NCBI GenBank assembly: GCA_964458595.1
Contig: CAYWJQ010000005.1
Coordinates: 85,298-149,297, forward strand
From: an uncultured Thermoplasmata archaeon
GTDB lineage: Archaea > Thermoplasmatota > Thermoplasmata > Halarchaeoplasmatales > Halarchaeoplasmataceae
Direction of reading: 5' to 3'
Length of the DNA stretch: 64,000 bases
In this document: in pieces, positions 11,101 to 20,798 of the stretch
How positions within the stretch are numbered: the stretch's first letter is position 1
Layout of the letters: every line of letters starts with the position of its first letter
The notes under the pieces: model-generated
Told to the model about the DNA's origin: nothing
Seen by the model: the letters and a program-made list of their open reading frames with translations, nothing else
Databases searched by the model: none
Program-made: the position numbers and the translations under genes

Positions 11101-13565
11101 CTCACGAGCTATACGACTCGGTCGATATGAGATTGAAAGACGTCAAAAACACCCTGAGAGATATGGAGCGTAAAAGACTAGTCAACAGAGTCGGAATCAC
11201 CGAAGACGACGGATACAGATACGCTCTACTGGAGAAAAAGGACAAAGACTTGGAATGGGTCGAGGAGATCATTTCTAGTTACCTGGAGCACGAGGGTCCT
11301 AGAAGTCTAGAGGAGATAGCATACGCTCTGGACCTTTCCGAAGACATCGCTTTAAAGGCTTTGAACAACCTCGTGGAGCAGGACGAAGTGGTGTCCGGAA
11401 GGTTGGTGATGGGAGAAGGAGAACAGTACATGCTCAAAGAGGACTATCACGATTTAAGATTCCCCGGAGGAGAGTTCGTTTCTGACGATAAAACCCAGCA
11501 GTACAAGGCTAAAAAACAATTCGACGAAGTCGGCTCTATAGAAGAGTATTTCGATCTCTTCATGGAAGCCGGAACTCCCTACGATATATTCCAAAGAGTT
11601 GCGGACTTTTCGATCGACGACTGGAAAGAGATGAGAAGGGAAGGTAAAATAGTTGAAGGTAGATTTGTTAAGGGGAAGGTCAGGTACGCCTTCAAAGAAG
11701 ACATACCCGTTTTCGTGGGAGCTTATCGCACCGAAGAACTAGATGAAGAGGAAGAGAAGATATTAGAGATTATTAGGAAGGGAAAAGACACGATAAGGCA
11801 GATAAAGAAGAACAGCGATTTAGAGAACGACCGGGTGAAAGAGATAGTGAAAAAACTCGATAGAAACCTCTACATCATGAGAGAATATACCGGTCGGGAA
11901 GGATGGTCGTCTACCAACAAATACGAACCTCTCGATGTCGAGCCGATGGATCCTGAAAAGGCTAGAAAAAAGATAATCGAACGGTACTTGAAAGGAAACG
12001 GCCCCGCATCATTTTCGAATATAAGATATTATACCGGATTCGATTCAAACGAGATCGAGAGTATAATATCCGAATTGCTTCACAAAAAAGAGATAAAAAA
12101 GTTGAAAGTCGGTTCTTCTCAGCAGGAGATGTATGTAGAAAGCAGAGAAGTCGAAGATCTGCAGAAAGCTGAAGGAGGAGAATTCGACAAGTTCAGGATA
12201 CTGTCCAAAAAAGATCCCTATGCGAGGCCTCTCTGGGCCGATATATATCGAAGGTACGGAGACGATTGGGTATTCCCATTCGTGAAGAGAGGTGAAGTCG
12301 TCGGAGGGTTGGAAAAATGGAAGATGAGCGGCTGCATCGAGATCAGGCATCTAGACTTGGATGACGAATCGATGCTGCCGGAAGCCCTGGAAGCTATAGA
12401 CGAGATGATGGAGTATCACCGGTTGGAAGGTTACGATATCATAAGGGTCAGGAATTTTCAGAATGAAGCCGTGAAGGAACTGCCCGAGGAAATACTCTCT
12501 ATATTCCGCGAGAACGGCTACGTGATGATCCAGGACATGTTGGTGAAAGGCAATGTCGTGGAAGAGGTTTTCGAGGAAGAGAAGATCAGGTCCTATATAT
12601 TCAAGAAACAGAAGTTGGGAGACGAAAGTTACGAAAATCCTTCCGAAGCGATGGAGAAGATGAAAGGTACCAGGTCGGATTTTGAATTAAGACCTAGAGT
12701 AGATGATTTTTACTCGTTGGACTGGATGTACAGCAGGGAGAAAGTTTTGGGCGGGAAGATGATACCTCCTTACAAGATGTACGCCTATCCTGAAGACGTG
12801 TCGGTATACAAAGCTGCAAAGGACCTTGAAAACTCATCTCAGATGGACACTATTCTAGAGATCGTCGATGACAAAGAGCCGGTTCCGAAGAGGACCATAT
12901 ATCATAGATCCCCGTACAGTAGAACCAAAACAAAAGAGATGCTGGACGATTTGTACGAAGGGTTGGCTATCACTAGAGACGAAGATAACAGGTATATAAC
13001 GACGCCGGATAACGGTATGGAGTCGGAGGAAGCGAAAAAAGAAGTGATGAGATGGGCTTTCCAAAATTTCGGTGTATTTACAGCCGAAAAACTTTCTTCG
13101 TATCTGGGTCTCGATTACAGCATGAGAGAGATCAGAAAACTGCTTTCAGAACTTGTTGAGGAAGGTTTTCTTTTGAAGGGATTCCTAGTGTCGGATGACG
13201 ATTCGGTTTACTGGATACTTTCCGAAGGATTAGAATCTTTACCCGATATAGAGTTCGAAGGCGAAGGGGTTATAACGACAAAAGATAGACTTTCGCTCTA
13301 CTTCAGAAACGAAATGAAAGAAAAATTTGATCTTGGTACGAGCAACGTGGTCTTCGACGGTCCGGAATTAAAGGCAGCTTTTAAAGGCAGTCTCAAGTCC
13401 AATATGGTGGAGATAAAGCAATTTGAAGGGGATGACGAGTATAGGAAGACCATCAAAGAATGGGCCTATGACCATAACATGAGCGTGAAGAGCGAAAAGA
13501 AAAAGGAGAGGGAAGTGTCGGATTACGAGATAAGGAAATGGTACGAACGTACTAGAGGACTTTAA
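8181..13565 (+). CDS. lhr: Lhr-like large superfamily-2 helicase with a long C-terminal extension
   Basis: Walker A SSPTGSGKT, DEIH box and motif VI QRVGRAGH. The N-terminal F..LTEPQ..AIP motif is typical of Lhr. The Lhr core of about 900 aa is followed by an extension of about 900 aa. Start taken at ATG 8181 (MVTRV...). Confidence 0.75.
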   Translation: MVTRVQEEKDKDEVLSQMEPLIAEWFDNKFDSLTEPQGYAIPLIHEKENVLVSSPTGSGKTLTAFLSIINELFKKDKEGELEDKIYCVYVSPLKALANDIHKNLEEPLEEIKELAEEKGVKVPDIKTAIRSGDTPQKERRKMTENPPHIYITTPESLALSLSSPKFRKRFKDVQYFINDEIHDIASSKRGVYLSLNTERLEEHVNGEMTRIGLSATQAPIEELAKFLGGFENGDPRDVNIIEVMGEKSLDLSVISPVDDMTLLPYEVVNSRMYDRLKEMVENHRTTLIFTNTRSGAENVAYKLKDRGIENVAAHHGSLSKDTRLEVEDDLKYGDMKAAVSSTSLELGIDVGYIDLVVQVNSPKTVAKGLQRVGRAGHSIGETSKGRIIVFEKDELLECTVLTRKAYQHDIDRVSIPENNLDVLSQGIIGMSIEHRWGVDEAYEMVRRSYCYKDLPEEDFLNVLDYLGGTQFENTYPKIWYNEDEEVFGKKGGVQMLYYMNVGTIPSDSSYQVYSEKGAPLGNLSEKFVERLSKGDVFVLGSHSYEFLHTKGTRVFVKDAAGKKPTVPSWTGEMLPRSYDLSVGIGEFRRKVSKKMGDEDVVKWLEDKYRIDEGSAQTIISYFKEQKGVIDELPTDKKIILEGHIGQDGKYNMIFHASYGRKANDTLSRAYAYKISKKFNCNANVSITDNNFMITTKKKIPLDKVRDILSSEEIEDVLKKSVRNTELFKQRFRHCATRALMILRNYKGREISVSKQKLRSKEMLDKLRGMDDFPIVKETYNEILYQVLDLEKAEKVLKDIEDGEVEIKSTGYSDTPSPFAHDVLMAGISDVIMMDDRSSLLRKFHQKVLEQVIPKEEIENFKFDRDVVEDHFLDKKPEFENKDEMLEAIKELKPIHVFKEKGNNVFSRTDKSFEEVREWSKELLNEGEIQSLWVDETKYVASEDLGEYLRSLDQGEQPHGSTPLIEKLKEGSMTPHELYDSVDMRLKDVKNTLRDMERKRLVNRVGITEDDGYRYALLEKKDKDLEWVEEIISSYLEHEGPRSLEEIAYALDLSEDIALKALNNLVEQDEVVSGRLVMGEGEQYMLKEDYHDLRFPGGEFVSDDKTQQYKAKKQFDEVGSIEEYFDLFMEAGTPYDIFQRVADFSIDDWKEMRREGKIVEGRFVKGKVRYAFKEDIPVFVGAYRTEELDEEEEKILEIIRKGKDTIRQIKKNSDLENDRVKEIVKKLDRNLYIMREYTGREGWSSTNKYEPLDVEPMDPEKARKKIIERYLKGNGPASFSNIRYYTGFDSNEIESIISELLHKKEIKKLKVGSSQQEMYVESREVEDLQKAEGGEFDKFRILSKKDPYARPLWADIYRRYGDDWVFPFVKRGEVVGGLEKWKMSGCIEIRHLDLDDESMLPEALEAIDEMMEYHRLEGYDIIRVRNFQNEAVKELPEEILSIFRENGYVMIQDMLVKGNVVEEVFEEEKIRSYIFKKQKLGDESYENPSEAMEKMKGTRSDFELRPRVDDFYSLDWMYSREKVLGGKMIPPYKMYAYPEDVSVYKAAKDLENSSQMDTILEIVDDKEPVPKRTIYHRSPYSRTKTKEMLDDLYEGLAITRDEDNRYITTPDNGMESEEAKKEVMRWAFQNFGVFTAEKLSSYLGLDYSMREIRKLLSELVEEGFLLKGFLVSDDDSVYWILSEGLESLPDIEFEGEGVITTKDRLSLYFRNEMKEKFDLGTSNVVFDGPELKAAFKGSLKSNMVEIKQFEGDDEYRKTIKEWAYDHNMSVKSEKKKEREVSDYEIRKWYERTRGL

Positions 13566-13629
13566 AGTCGATTGATAGAGCCTCAAAAATCAACGAAGTA
13601 TATTTATTGATAGAGATGTTTTTCATAAA

Positions 13630-14877
13630 TTGGACGAAAAAGAGGTGTTGATCATTTCCAAAGCAAAGGTTCTGCTTTTAGGGCTGGGTATGCAGGGAGA
13701 AGCCGCGCTCCACGATCTAATGAGGAGCGATGAGGTATCTGAGATCATCGTTGGAGATAGGTCTTCAGATTCCAGAGAGCTTGTTGAAGGTCTAGAAGTG
13801 GAGAAAGTGAGATATGAGAATGTCGATGCATCAGATCCTGAAAAGGTTTCAGATCTGATGGAGGAGGTCGATCTGGTTATAGAACTTTTACCTCCCGGAT
13901 TTGCCTTCTCTATCGCTGAGCTGGCGGTCGAAAACGGTATCGATATGGTCAGCACCATGTATCTGCACGACCCTGAGGAGAGCGATCCAGAGAAAAAGAA
14001 GGCAAGAGAGAAAGAGATAGATCGACTTGATAGCACCGCCAAAGAGAGGGATATAACTGTTCTACCCGAATTTGGAATGGATCCAGGCCTAGATCTTGTT
14101 CTTGCACGGGAAGCCGTTAGGAGTTTTGATGAGATAGACGAACTCCTTTGTTACGGTGCAGGTTTGCCCGTCTATGAAGATGCTGATAATCCATTGAGAT
14201 ACAAGTTCACCTGGTCCGTCGAAGGGTTGCTGAAAACTTACAAACGCCCGGCACGGATCATCAAAGACGGTGAAATCATCGATATTCCGGGCGATGGTTT
14301 GTTCTATGAAGAGAACGTTCATTCATTAGACATCGAGGGGTTAAATGGAAAACTGGAATGTTATCCCAATGGAGATGCACTAGAATACGGAGAAAGATTG
14401 GGTCTTGACAAGGAAATGAATAACTTCGGTCGCTATACCTGTAGATGGGAAGGACATACTGATTTTTGGAAGACCGCGGTAGGATGCGGTCTATTAGATG
14501 ATGAACAGGTTAATGTTGATGGCAAAGAAATAGCTCCGGTCGATTTTTTATCTTCGGTTTTGAAATCCAAGAACGAGTTCTGGCTAGGGGAAGATGAGCG
14601 AGATCTAGCGATGATCCGCGTCGAAGCTTCCGGTGTCGACAAAGGTGAGGAGGTAAGCAGAGTCTACCAGATGCTAGATAAAAGAGATCTCGATACGGGC
14701 TTAACGGCGATGCAGCGGATAGTAGGATTCACTGCGAGCATCGGAGCGCAGATGATCTTGGATGGAGCGTTGGAAAAGAAAGGTATCATTTCGCCCACTG
14801 AGATAAGGCTATCGGAATTATCCGATAGATTGGAAGAGAGAGGGATACAAATAGATCGATCTTTCGAGAAGATTTGA
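13630..14877 (+). CDS. Saccharopine dehydrogenase-like NAD(P)-binding oxidoreductase
   Basis: N-terminal Rossmann VLLLGLGMQG and overall saccharopine dehydrogenase / homospermidine synthase-like architecture. Confidence 0.6.
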   Translation: MDEKEVLIISKAKVLLLGLGMQGEAALHDLMRSDEVSEIIVGDRSSDSRELVEGLEVEKVRYENVDASDPEKVSDLMEEVDLVIELLPPGFAFSIAELAVENGIDMVSTMYLHDPEESDPEKKKAREKEIDRLDSTAKERDITVLPEFGMDPGLDLVLAREAVRSFDEIDELLCYGAGLPVYEDADNPLRYKFTWSVEGLLKTYKRPARIIKDGEIIDIPGDGLFYEENVHSLDIEGLNGKLECYPNGDALEYGERLGLDKEMNNFGRYTCRWEGHTDFWKTAVGCGLLDDEQVNVDGKEIAPVDFLSSVLKSKNEFWLGEDERDLAMIRVEASGVDKGEEVSRVYQMLDKRDLDTGLTAMQRIVGFTASIGAQMILDGALEKKGIISPTEIRLSELSDRLEERGIQIDRSFEKI

Positions 14878-15104
14878 AGTGGTAGAATAGATCTGAAAAT
14901 CTAACCGATAGCTAGATTTCGAACCCGCGGTAAAGCATTACTTTCACTCAAGACTCTTCTTTATCATTATATGGCTTCAATAAATCAGATGCCACATGGC
15001 GTTATCTTCAGGAAAGAGATCCGGTTCGAACGATAACGATTACTTGGATAAAATAGACTAAATAGAGCAAGAATGGAATAAATTTAAAAGAACTCTGAAA
15101 GCCG

Positions 15105-15272
15105 ATGAGAGAGAATTTTTTCGACAAGATGATAGAGTATGCGAAAGTTCACCGAAAGGCGGGAGAAGTTAAGGAAGGAGCGAACGATATGGAGACGTTT
15201 TTCATGTCTGTGATTCTAGAACAGCAGATGGAGATCATGAGGTTGAAGAAGAAATTGGACGAAAGAGAATGA
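15105..15272 (+). pseudogene. Decayed paralog (fragment) of the 6684-6992 hypothetical gene
   Basis: 55-aa ORF. Its MIEYAKVHRKAG...ETFFMSVILEQQMEIMRLKKKL matches the C-terminal half of the 6684-6992 product. Upstream, 15000-15104 shows further similarity in other frames (NDYLDKID vs NDYEDAL), which implies frameshifts. Confidence 0.4.
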
Positions 15273-15311
15273 ATATATTTATGAGTATATTTAATGAAAA
15301 ACTATTAATAT

Positions 15312-15590
15312 TTGTTTGAAATTATCTGCCCTAAAATGAAATTAGGTTGGAAACTTTTGTTAGACCTATCCATAATTGGGGCGATAATAGCGGTAATAAT
15401 TATCTGGATAGAAATGTTTCCTTATCGCTTATGGCCATTATTTTTGATAGCTTGTCTTCTTATCTTGCTGAGCAAGAGGGCGAAATGGAGAAGAGATGTT
15501 GATAGATCAAAAGCAAAAAGAGTTGCCGCTCCAGATGCAGACTCCTTCATCCCAGAAGAAGACGAAAAAGGCAATCACGATCATCAATGA
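15312..15590 (+). CDS. Small membrane protein (2 TM), hypothetical
   Basis: 92 aa with two hydrophobic helices and a basic/acidic tail. Confidence 0.35.
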   Translation: MFEIICPKMKLGWKLLLDLSIIGAIIAVIIIWIEMFPYRLWPLFLIACLLILLSKRAKWRRDVDRSKAKRVAAPDADSFIPEEDEKGNHDHQ

Positions 15591-15708
15591 AATCTGAAAA
15601 TATCGGCGAACAAACATGAGATTTTTAGCAACTCGATTCAGAAGAAAAAGTGATCTTCTGATAAAACAGAAAAAATAAATATATTTAGTTTCACTTTAAT
15701 TTTAAACT

Positions 15709-16665
15709 ATGAAAGAAGAGTTACGGATCAGAACCTTTGAAGAGTTGGACTATCCTCATATCGTTCGGTTGGAAGAAGCGGTCTATCCGGATAAAAAGCG
15801 GTCAGAAGAATCTTTCAGATTCAATGATGAGAACAGAGCGGATAAATGTGAGCATCAGAGATTTATCGGCGAATTAGGCGACGAAGTCATAGGACACGGT
15901 TTTTACACCCAGTGGGAAGGGAGTTATCATCCGGGAAAGTTTTTCATCTACGCTCTCATCCATCCCGACTACCAGGGTGAAGGATTTGGAAAGCTATTTT
16001 ATCAGCATATATTAGACGAACTCAAAGAGCACGATCCGGAAAAATTGGAAGCTCACGCTAGAGAGGACAAAAAGAGAGCTCTGCGCTTCCTCGAAGACAG
16101 AGGTTTTGAAAGCACCATGAAGATGTGGGAAGCGGAATTGAAAGTCGACGAATTCGAATTCGAGGAATACGAAGATTTGGAAGAAAAGTTGGAAGACGAG
16201 GGTATTGTACTTAAAAGTTTGAAGGATATCGAACACGACGAAGAGAATAAAAGAAAATTGTACGAACTCCACGAGGATGTGATGGAAGACGTTCCGCTCC
16301 CCGACGGATATACTAGAACGGAATACGATAGATTCATAGATAAGTTGTTCAACCATCCGAGATACTTCCCAGAGGCATATATACTGGCGATCAAAGACGA
16401 TGAATTCGTCGGGATGAGCAGCCACTGGTACAAAGAAAAGGAGAATTCTTTGTTCACGGGTTTAACCGGGGTTAGAAAAGACTACAGAGGAAAAGGCATC
16501 GCTACAGCAATGAAGATTAAGGCCATAGGGGTTGCAAAAGAAGAAAACATCGCAAAGATAAAGACCATGAACGAGACTCGAAACGAAGATATCCTCCACA
16601 TAAACGAGAAGATGGGATTCGAGAAGAAGCCGGGGTGGGTTGACTTCGAGAAGAAGGTCGAGTGA
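15709..16665 (+). CDS. GNAT-family N-acetyltransferase (tandem GNAT domains)
   Basis: Two acetyl-CoA-binding motifs of the form (Q/R)G.G.(A/G): QGEGFGKLF and RGKGIATAM. Confidence 0.7.
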   Translation: MKEELRIRTFEELDYPHIVRLEEAVYPDKKRSEESFRFNDENRADKCEHQRFIGELGDEVIGHGFYTQWEGSYHPGKFFIYALIHPDYQGEGFGKLFYQHILDELKEHDPEKLEAHAREDKKRALRFLEDRGFESTMKMWEAELKVDEFEFEEYEDLEEKLEDEGIVLKSLKDIEHDEENKRKLYELHEDVMEDVPLPDGYTRTEYDRFIDKLFNHPRYFPEAYILAIKDDEFVGMSSHWYKEKENSLFTGLTGVRKDYRGKGIATAMKIKAIGVAKEENIAKIKTMNETRNEDILHINEKMGFEKKPGWVDFEKKVE

Positions 16666-16738
16666 GCGGTGAAAGTAGAGCCGTAATCGGAGAGAAAATG
16701 AACATTAACATTTTTGCTTCCTGCAATAATCAAAATCT

Positions 16739-17617
16739 TCAAGGCGCATGGGTTTTCTCAACCCAAACCCTTATAGATTCGGTTTTACCATCGATATGAG
16801 TATCAGCCTCTACCTCGTACGCGTGAGCTCCGATAATTTTTGAAGAGTAAAAGTCGTTCCATTGAAGAGTTAAGTGGCAGGTAGTATTTTGCTCTGAACT
16901 GTAAGAGATATTCATCATGGGTCTTTCCTCCTCATATCCTTCAGTACTGACCTTATCGTATTGGAAATCCCATTCACCGTGATACTCTGAAAACATCTCC
17001 GCCTCTTCAGAATATTTCATCTTAAAGTTTTTTGAGGAGGTGGTGACCTTGATATATTCTCCATCTCTTCGGCAGGTAACTTCTCCCTCGCCTTCTACTA
17101 CGTTGTATCGTTCTACAGGAAAATATCTTTCATATCCTTTAAGGTTGGGCAGTACTAACTCTACCTCGCTGGTTTCATTCTGTTCAAGTTCCAAAATAAA
17201 TTTCTGATTAGCATCTGGTGTTCCAATGTATTCTATTGTAATATAAATAGATGCTATTACTATAATCATAACTACAGCAATAACGGCGACATTCTTTTTC
17301 AGCTTTTTCAGATCACCGTCTTTTTTGTATTGGCTAATAAGTTTTACTAGGTAGTATATACTCAAGATAATTATTGAGATCACTAAGAAAGGAAGAAGCA
17401 TGATAAATAGACATGCATTATCTAAACTAATACCAACAGTCCACTTAATAGTGAAAAGCATGAGCAAGACCACAAGTAAAGATGAGATAATACCAATGAT
17501 TGTTTTTTTGTAATCTTGACCCTCTCTGTAAGAATCGATGCTGTATTTCAATAAAAGAACTAGGGCTATCAAAGATATACTAAATATCACCGTACAACAT
17601 ATAGAGGTTCTAGACAT
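16739..17617 (-). CDS. Membrane protein, hypothetical (4 N-terminal TM plus a soluble C-terminal domain)
   Basis: 292 aa. The N-terminal 130 aa are strongly hydrophobic and the locus is AT-rich. Confidence 0.45.
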   Translation of the reverse strand: MSRTSICCTVIFSISLIALVLLLKYSIDSYREGQDYKKTIIGIISSLLVVLLMLFTIKWTVGISLDNACLFIMLLPFLVISIIILSIYYLVKLISQYKKDGDLKKLKKNVAVIAVVMIIVIASIYITIEYIGTPDANQKFILELEQNETSEVELVLPNLKGYERYFPVERYNVVEGEGEVTCRRDGEYIKVTTSSKNFKMKYSEEAEMFSEYHGEWDFQYDKVSTEGYEEERPMMNISYSSEQNTTCHLTLQWNDFYSSKIIGAHAYEVEADTHIDGKTESIRVWVEKTHAP

Positions 17618-17831
17618 GATTATCCAAACCCAAGCTGATTCTTTAAAATAATCATCTCATAAAAATATTACGCTGACGATAGAGGAAAAGATTTTATTTC
17701 CAGATTGGGAAACAAAGCCGTTTGTATGTTTAACATTCTTTTTTCCAGATAGAACTACTAATTTCAAAGTATTCTATCTAAACAATCAGTTCTTATTATT
17801 CAAAACACTTTACATATATTCATCATCTAGT

Positions 17832-18869
17832 CTAATCATCAACAACTTTCTCCATCTTATCCAGCGCGAGCTCGATATCTTCTCTTTTCACGTCCTTGTG
17901 AGTCACCACTCTAATCTTGTATTCATCTAAAGCCAATCCCAATACACCCACTTCTTCGAACAGATCCACGAATTCTTCCGCCGGCTTGCCGAAACTTTTA
18001 GTGCTGAAGTAAACTATGTTAGTTTTGTACTTTTCCGGATCGAGATCGAATCCTATATCTTTAAGACCTTCCGCGAGTAAAGAAGCGTTCTCGTGATCCT
18101 TCGAAAGCCTCTCGACGTTATTCTCTAGAGCGCAAAGAGCTGGGGCGGCGATAACTCCGACCTGTCTCATCCCGCCACCCAATTTCTTCCTTTTTTTCCT
18201 AGCTCTTTCGATGAAGTCCTCACTTCCAGCGATTATAGATCCGATCGGTGCACCGAGACCTTTGGAAAGACAGAACATGATGGAATCCGCGGGTTCAACA
18301 AGTTCCTTCACGTCTTTGTCTAGATAAACCGCGGCATTGAATATCCTTGCGCCGTCCAGATGCAGTTTCAGATCGAATTCGTCTGCTATCTCCGCCATAC
18401 TCTCCATGTAACCTCGATCCTGCGGTACTCCCCCGGCCCTGTTATGCGTATTTTCCACGCACAGTAACGAAGGCGAAGGATAATGATCGTCCTCGAGCCT
18501 GATCGATCTCCTCAATTCCTCGGGATCTATCGCTCCATCTTGATCCGACAGTAGGGTAGGTGTGAGGCCTCCAAAGTCAGCGAAACCTCCCACCTCGTAG
18601 TAATAGATATGGGAATTATCACCCAATAGAATACCTTCTCCATCATTCGTGTGGGTCAGTACTGAAGCCAAATTACCCTGAGTCCCAGAAGAGACGAAGA
18701 GAGCGTCCTCTTTCCCTAACTTTTCAGCGGCTTTCTCTTCCAACTTGTGTACGGTAGGATCGTCATGATGTACTTCGTCTCCCACCTCTGCCTCTTTCAT
18801 AGCTTCTCTCATCTCGGGACTAGGTTTCGTAACGGTGTCGCTCCGAAGATCGATTTCTCTATCGGACAT
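17832..18869 (-). CDS. ltaE: Low-specificity L-threonine aldolase (PLP-dependent)
   Basis: The DLRSDTVTKP N-terminal signature and the SKGLGAP PLP-lysine region. Confidence 0.85.
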   Translation of the reverse strand: MSDREIDLRSDTVTKPSPEMREAMKEAEVGDEVHHDDPTVHKLEEKAAEKLGKEDALFVSSGTQGNLASVLTHTNDGEGILLGDNSHIYYYEVGGFADFGGLTPTLLSDQDGAIDPEELRRSIRLEDDHYPSPSLLCVENTHNRAGGVPQDRGYMESMAEIADEFDLKLHLDGARIFNAAVYLDKDVKELVEPADSIMFCLSKGLGAPIGSIIAGSEDFIERARKKRKKLGGGMRQVGVIAAPALCALENNVERLSKDHENASLLAEGLKDIGFDLDPEKYKTNIVYFSTKSFGKPAEEFVDLFEEVGVLGLALDEYKIRVVTHKDVKREDIELALDKMEKVVDD

Positions 18870-19009
18870 GGTTTGAGAGGTGACTATACAGTATAAAAAA
18901 ATTATCTAGATTTTGTAGTCAGATATGCAGATTATTGGAAGGTCGATCTCGCTCGCTATAATATACAAACGGTAAATTTTTATAAGCTATTCCTACATCA
19001 CGACCTATC

Positions 19010-19810
19010 ATGCCAGACCTGAATATAGTGGTGCTTATCAAAGAAGTACCCGATATTGAGAACGTAAAGTTCGATAGAGAGAAAGGCAGGATAGACAGAA
19101 GTTCTGCTGAAGCCGAACCTAATCCTTTCGATCTCAACGCTTTAGAAGAAGCGGTGAAGTTGAAGGAAGAACTCGGTGGCAAAATAACGGTATTGAGTAT
19201 GGGCCCGTCAAAGGCAAAAGAGACTTTGAGAGAAGCACTATCGAGAGGGGCTGACGAGGCTATACTCCTGACGGACAAAAACTTCGCCGGATCGGACACT
19301 TGGGCGACTTCTTACACGCTCGCCGCCGCTGTAGAAAAGATCTGCGATTACGACCTGATATTGTGTGGAGAGAAAAGTGTTGACGGAGATACCGGTCAGG
19401 TCGGGCCGGAGATAGCCGAGATATTGGGCATACCACACATCGCGTTCGTCAACGAAGTGAAGAAAAGAGGAAAAGAAAAGATAACGGTCGGTTCCGAAAC
19501 TTGGGACAGGAGTTATGTTAGAGATATCGAATATCCCGGCTTGATAACCGTCACCAAAGACGTGAATGAACCAAGACTCCCTTCACTGCAGGACAAGTTA
19601 GACGCTAAGAACGCCGATATCGAAGAATGGGGTGTCGATGAACTTGACGCAGGAGAAAAAGACATGGGTGCATCCGGTTCTCCTACAGCAGTGGTGAACA
19701 TAGAAGTTCCCGAGAAAAAAGGAAGGAAAAGTAAAATCTTCGAGGGTGAAACGGAAACGGCGGTCAAAGAACTGCTAAACGAGTTGGAAAAAGACGTGGG
19801 AGGCATCTAA
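19010..19810 (+). CDS. etfB: Electron transfer flavoprotein beta subunit
   Basis: 266 aa. IVVLIKEVPD, NPFDLNALEEA and the remaining EtfB fold motifs are present. Confidence 0.85.
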   Translation: MPDLNIVVLIKEVPDIENVKFDREKGRIDRSSAEAEPNPFDLNALEEAVKLKEELGGKITVLSMGPSKAKETLREALSRGADEAILLTDKNFAGSDTWATSYTLAAAVEKICDYDLILCGEKSVDGDTGQVGPEIAEILGIPHIAFVNEVKKRGKEKITVGSETWDRSYVRDIEYPGLITVTKDVNEPRLPSLQDKLDAKNADIEEWGVDELDAGEKDMGASGSPTAVVNIEVPEKKGRKSKIFEGETETAVKELLNELEKDVGGI

Positions 19811-19811
19811 G

Positions 19812-20798
19812 ATGGCGTACGGTCCGGAGAAAAGTTCTGGAGTTTGGATACTCGCGGAACAGCAAAAGGGAAAGATTCACCCTGTAACTTTTGAGCTTTT
19901 GCAAAAGGGTAGGGAATTATCGGATGATCTCGATACTAACCTCACCGCCGTCTTATGTACTCCAGATAAGGAAAAAACTCAAGAATTGATCTATAGAGGA
20001 GCAGATAGAGTCATTTTGGTGGAAGACGAAAATTTTGACGAACCCGATGAATCGTTCTTCAAGGAGAATATCGTTGAATTGATTGAAAACGAAAAACCGC
20101 ATATCTTTTTGATAGGAGCTACGAATTTCGGTAGATCTTTAGCTCCGAGGATAGCGGCGGCTTTGGAAACAGGTCTGACCGCCGACTGCACCGGGTTAAG
20201 GATCAAAGACGGAGACTTCGTTCAGATCCGACCCGCTTTTACTGGCAATATCCTCGCACACATATCTACTGACAGATGCCCAAAGATGGCGACCGTGAGG
20301 TACAAGGAGTTCGAAGAAAGCGAAAGAGATACTGAAAGAGACGGAAAAATCGTCCAGAAAGCACCTCTAGAAAAAAAAGAGGATGATGGTATAAAAATCA
20401 TAAAGGAAATAGTCGAAGAAAGTGTAAATATTCAGGATGCAGAAGTGGTCTGTTCGGGAGGAAGAGGTCTTGAAGATCCAGATGATTTTGAACTTATAGA
20501 AAAGTTAGCCTCCGCTTTGGGCGGAAAAGTCGGATCGAGTAGACCATTAGTTGATGAAGGCTGGATAAGCAGAGATCACCAAGTTGGATACAGCGGGAAC
20601 CGAGTCAAACCAAACATATACATCGCCTGTGGTATTTCTGGGGCGCCTCAACATCTCGCCGGTATGAAAGAATCGGATATAATAATAGCGATAAATAAAG
20701 ATCCTTCAGCACCTATTTTCAAGCACGCGGACTACGGCATCGTGGGTGATCTTTATGAAGTGGTTCCCGAGCTGATAAAGCAGATAAAAGAAAGATGA
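19812..20798 (+). CDS. etfA: Electron transfer flavoprotein alpha subunit
   Basis: 328 aa with the FAD-binding C-terminal domain (VCSGGRGL, IYIACGISGAPQHLAG). Its start overlaps the etfB stop. Confidence 0.85.
   Translation: MAYGPEKSSGVWILAEQQKGKIHPVTFELLQKGRELSDDLDTNLTAVLCTPDKEKTQELIYRGADRVILVEDENFDEPDESFFKENIVELIENEKPHIFLIGATNFGRSLAPRIAAALETGLTADCTGLRIKDGDFVQIRPAFTGNILAHISTDRCPKMATVRYKEFEESERDTERDGKIVQKAPLEKKEDDGIKIIKEIVEESVNIQDAEVVCSGGRGLEDPDDFELIEKLASALGGKVGSSRPLVDEGWISRDHQVGYSGNRVKPNIYIACGISGAPQHLAGMKESDIIIAINKDPSAPIFKHADYGIVGDLYEVVPELIKQIKER

Noticed and set aside
14905-14945. tRNA-like fragment gatttcgaacccgcgg downstream of the saccharopine-dehydrogenase-like gene
   Set aside because: It matches only about 15 nt of the tRNA-Ala T-arm region and no cloverleaf can be drawn. 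It may be a short att-like scar, but the evidence is too weak to call.
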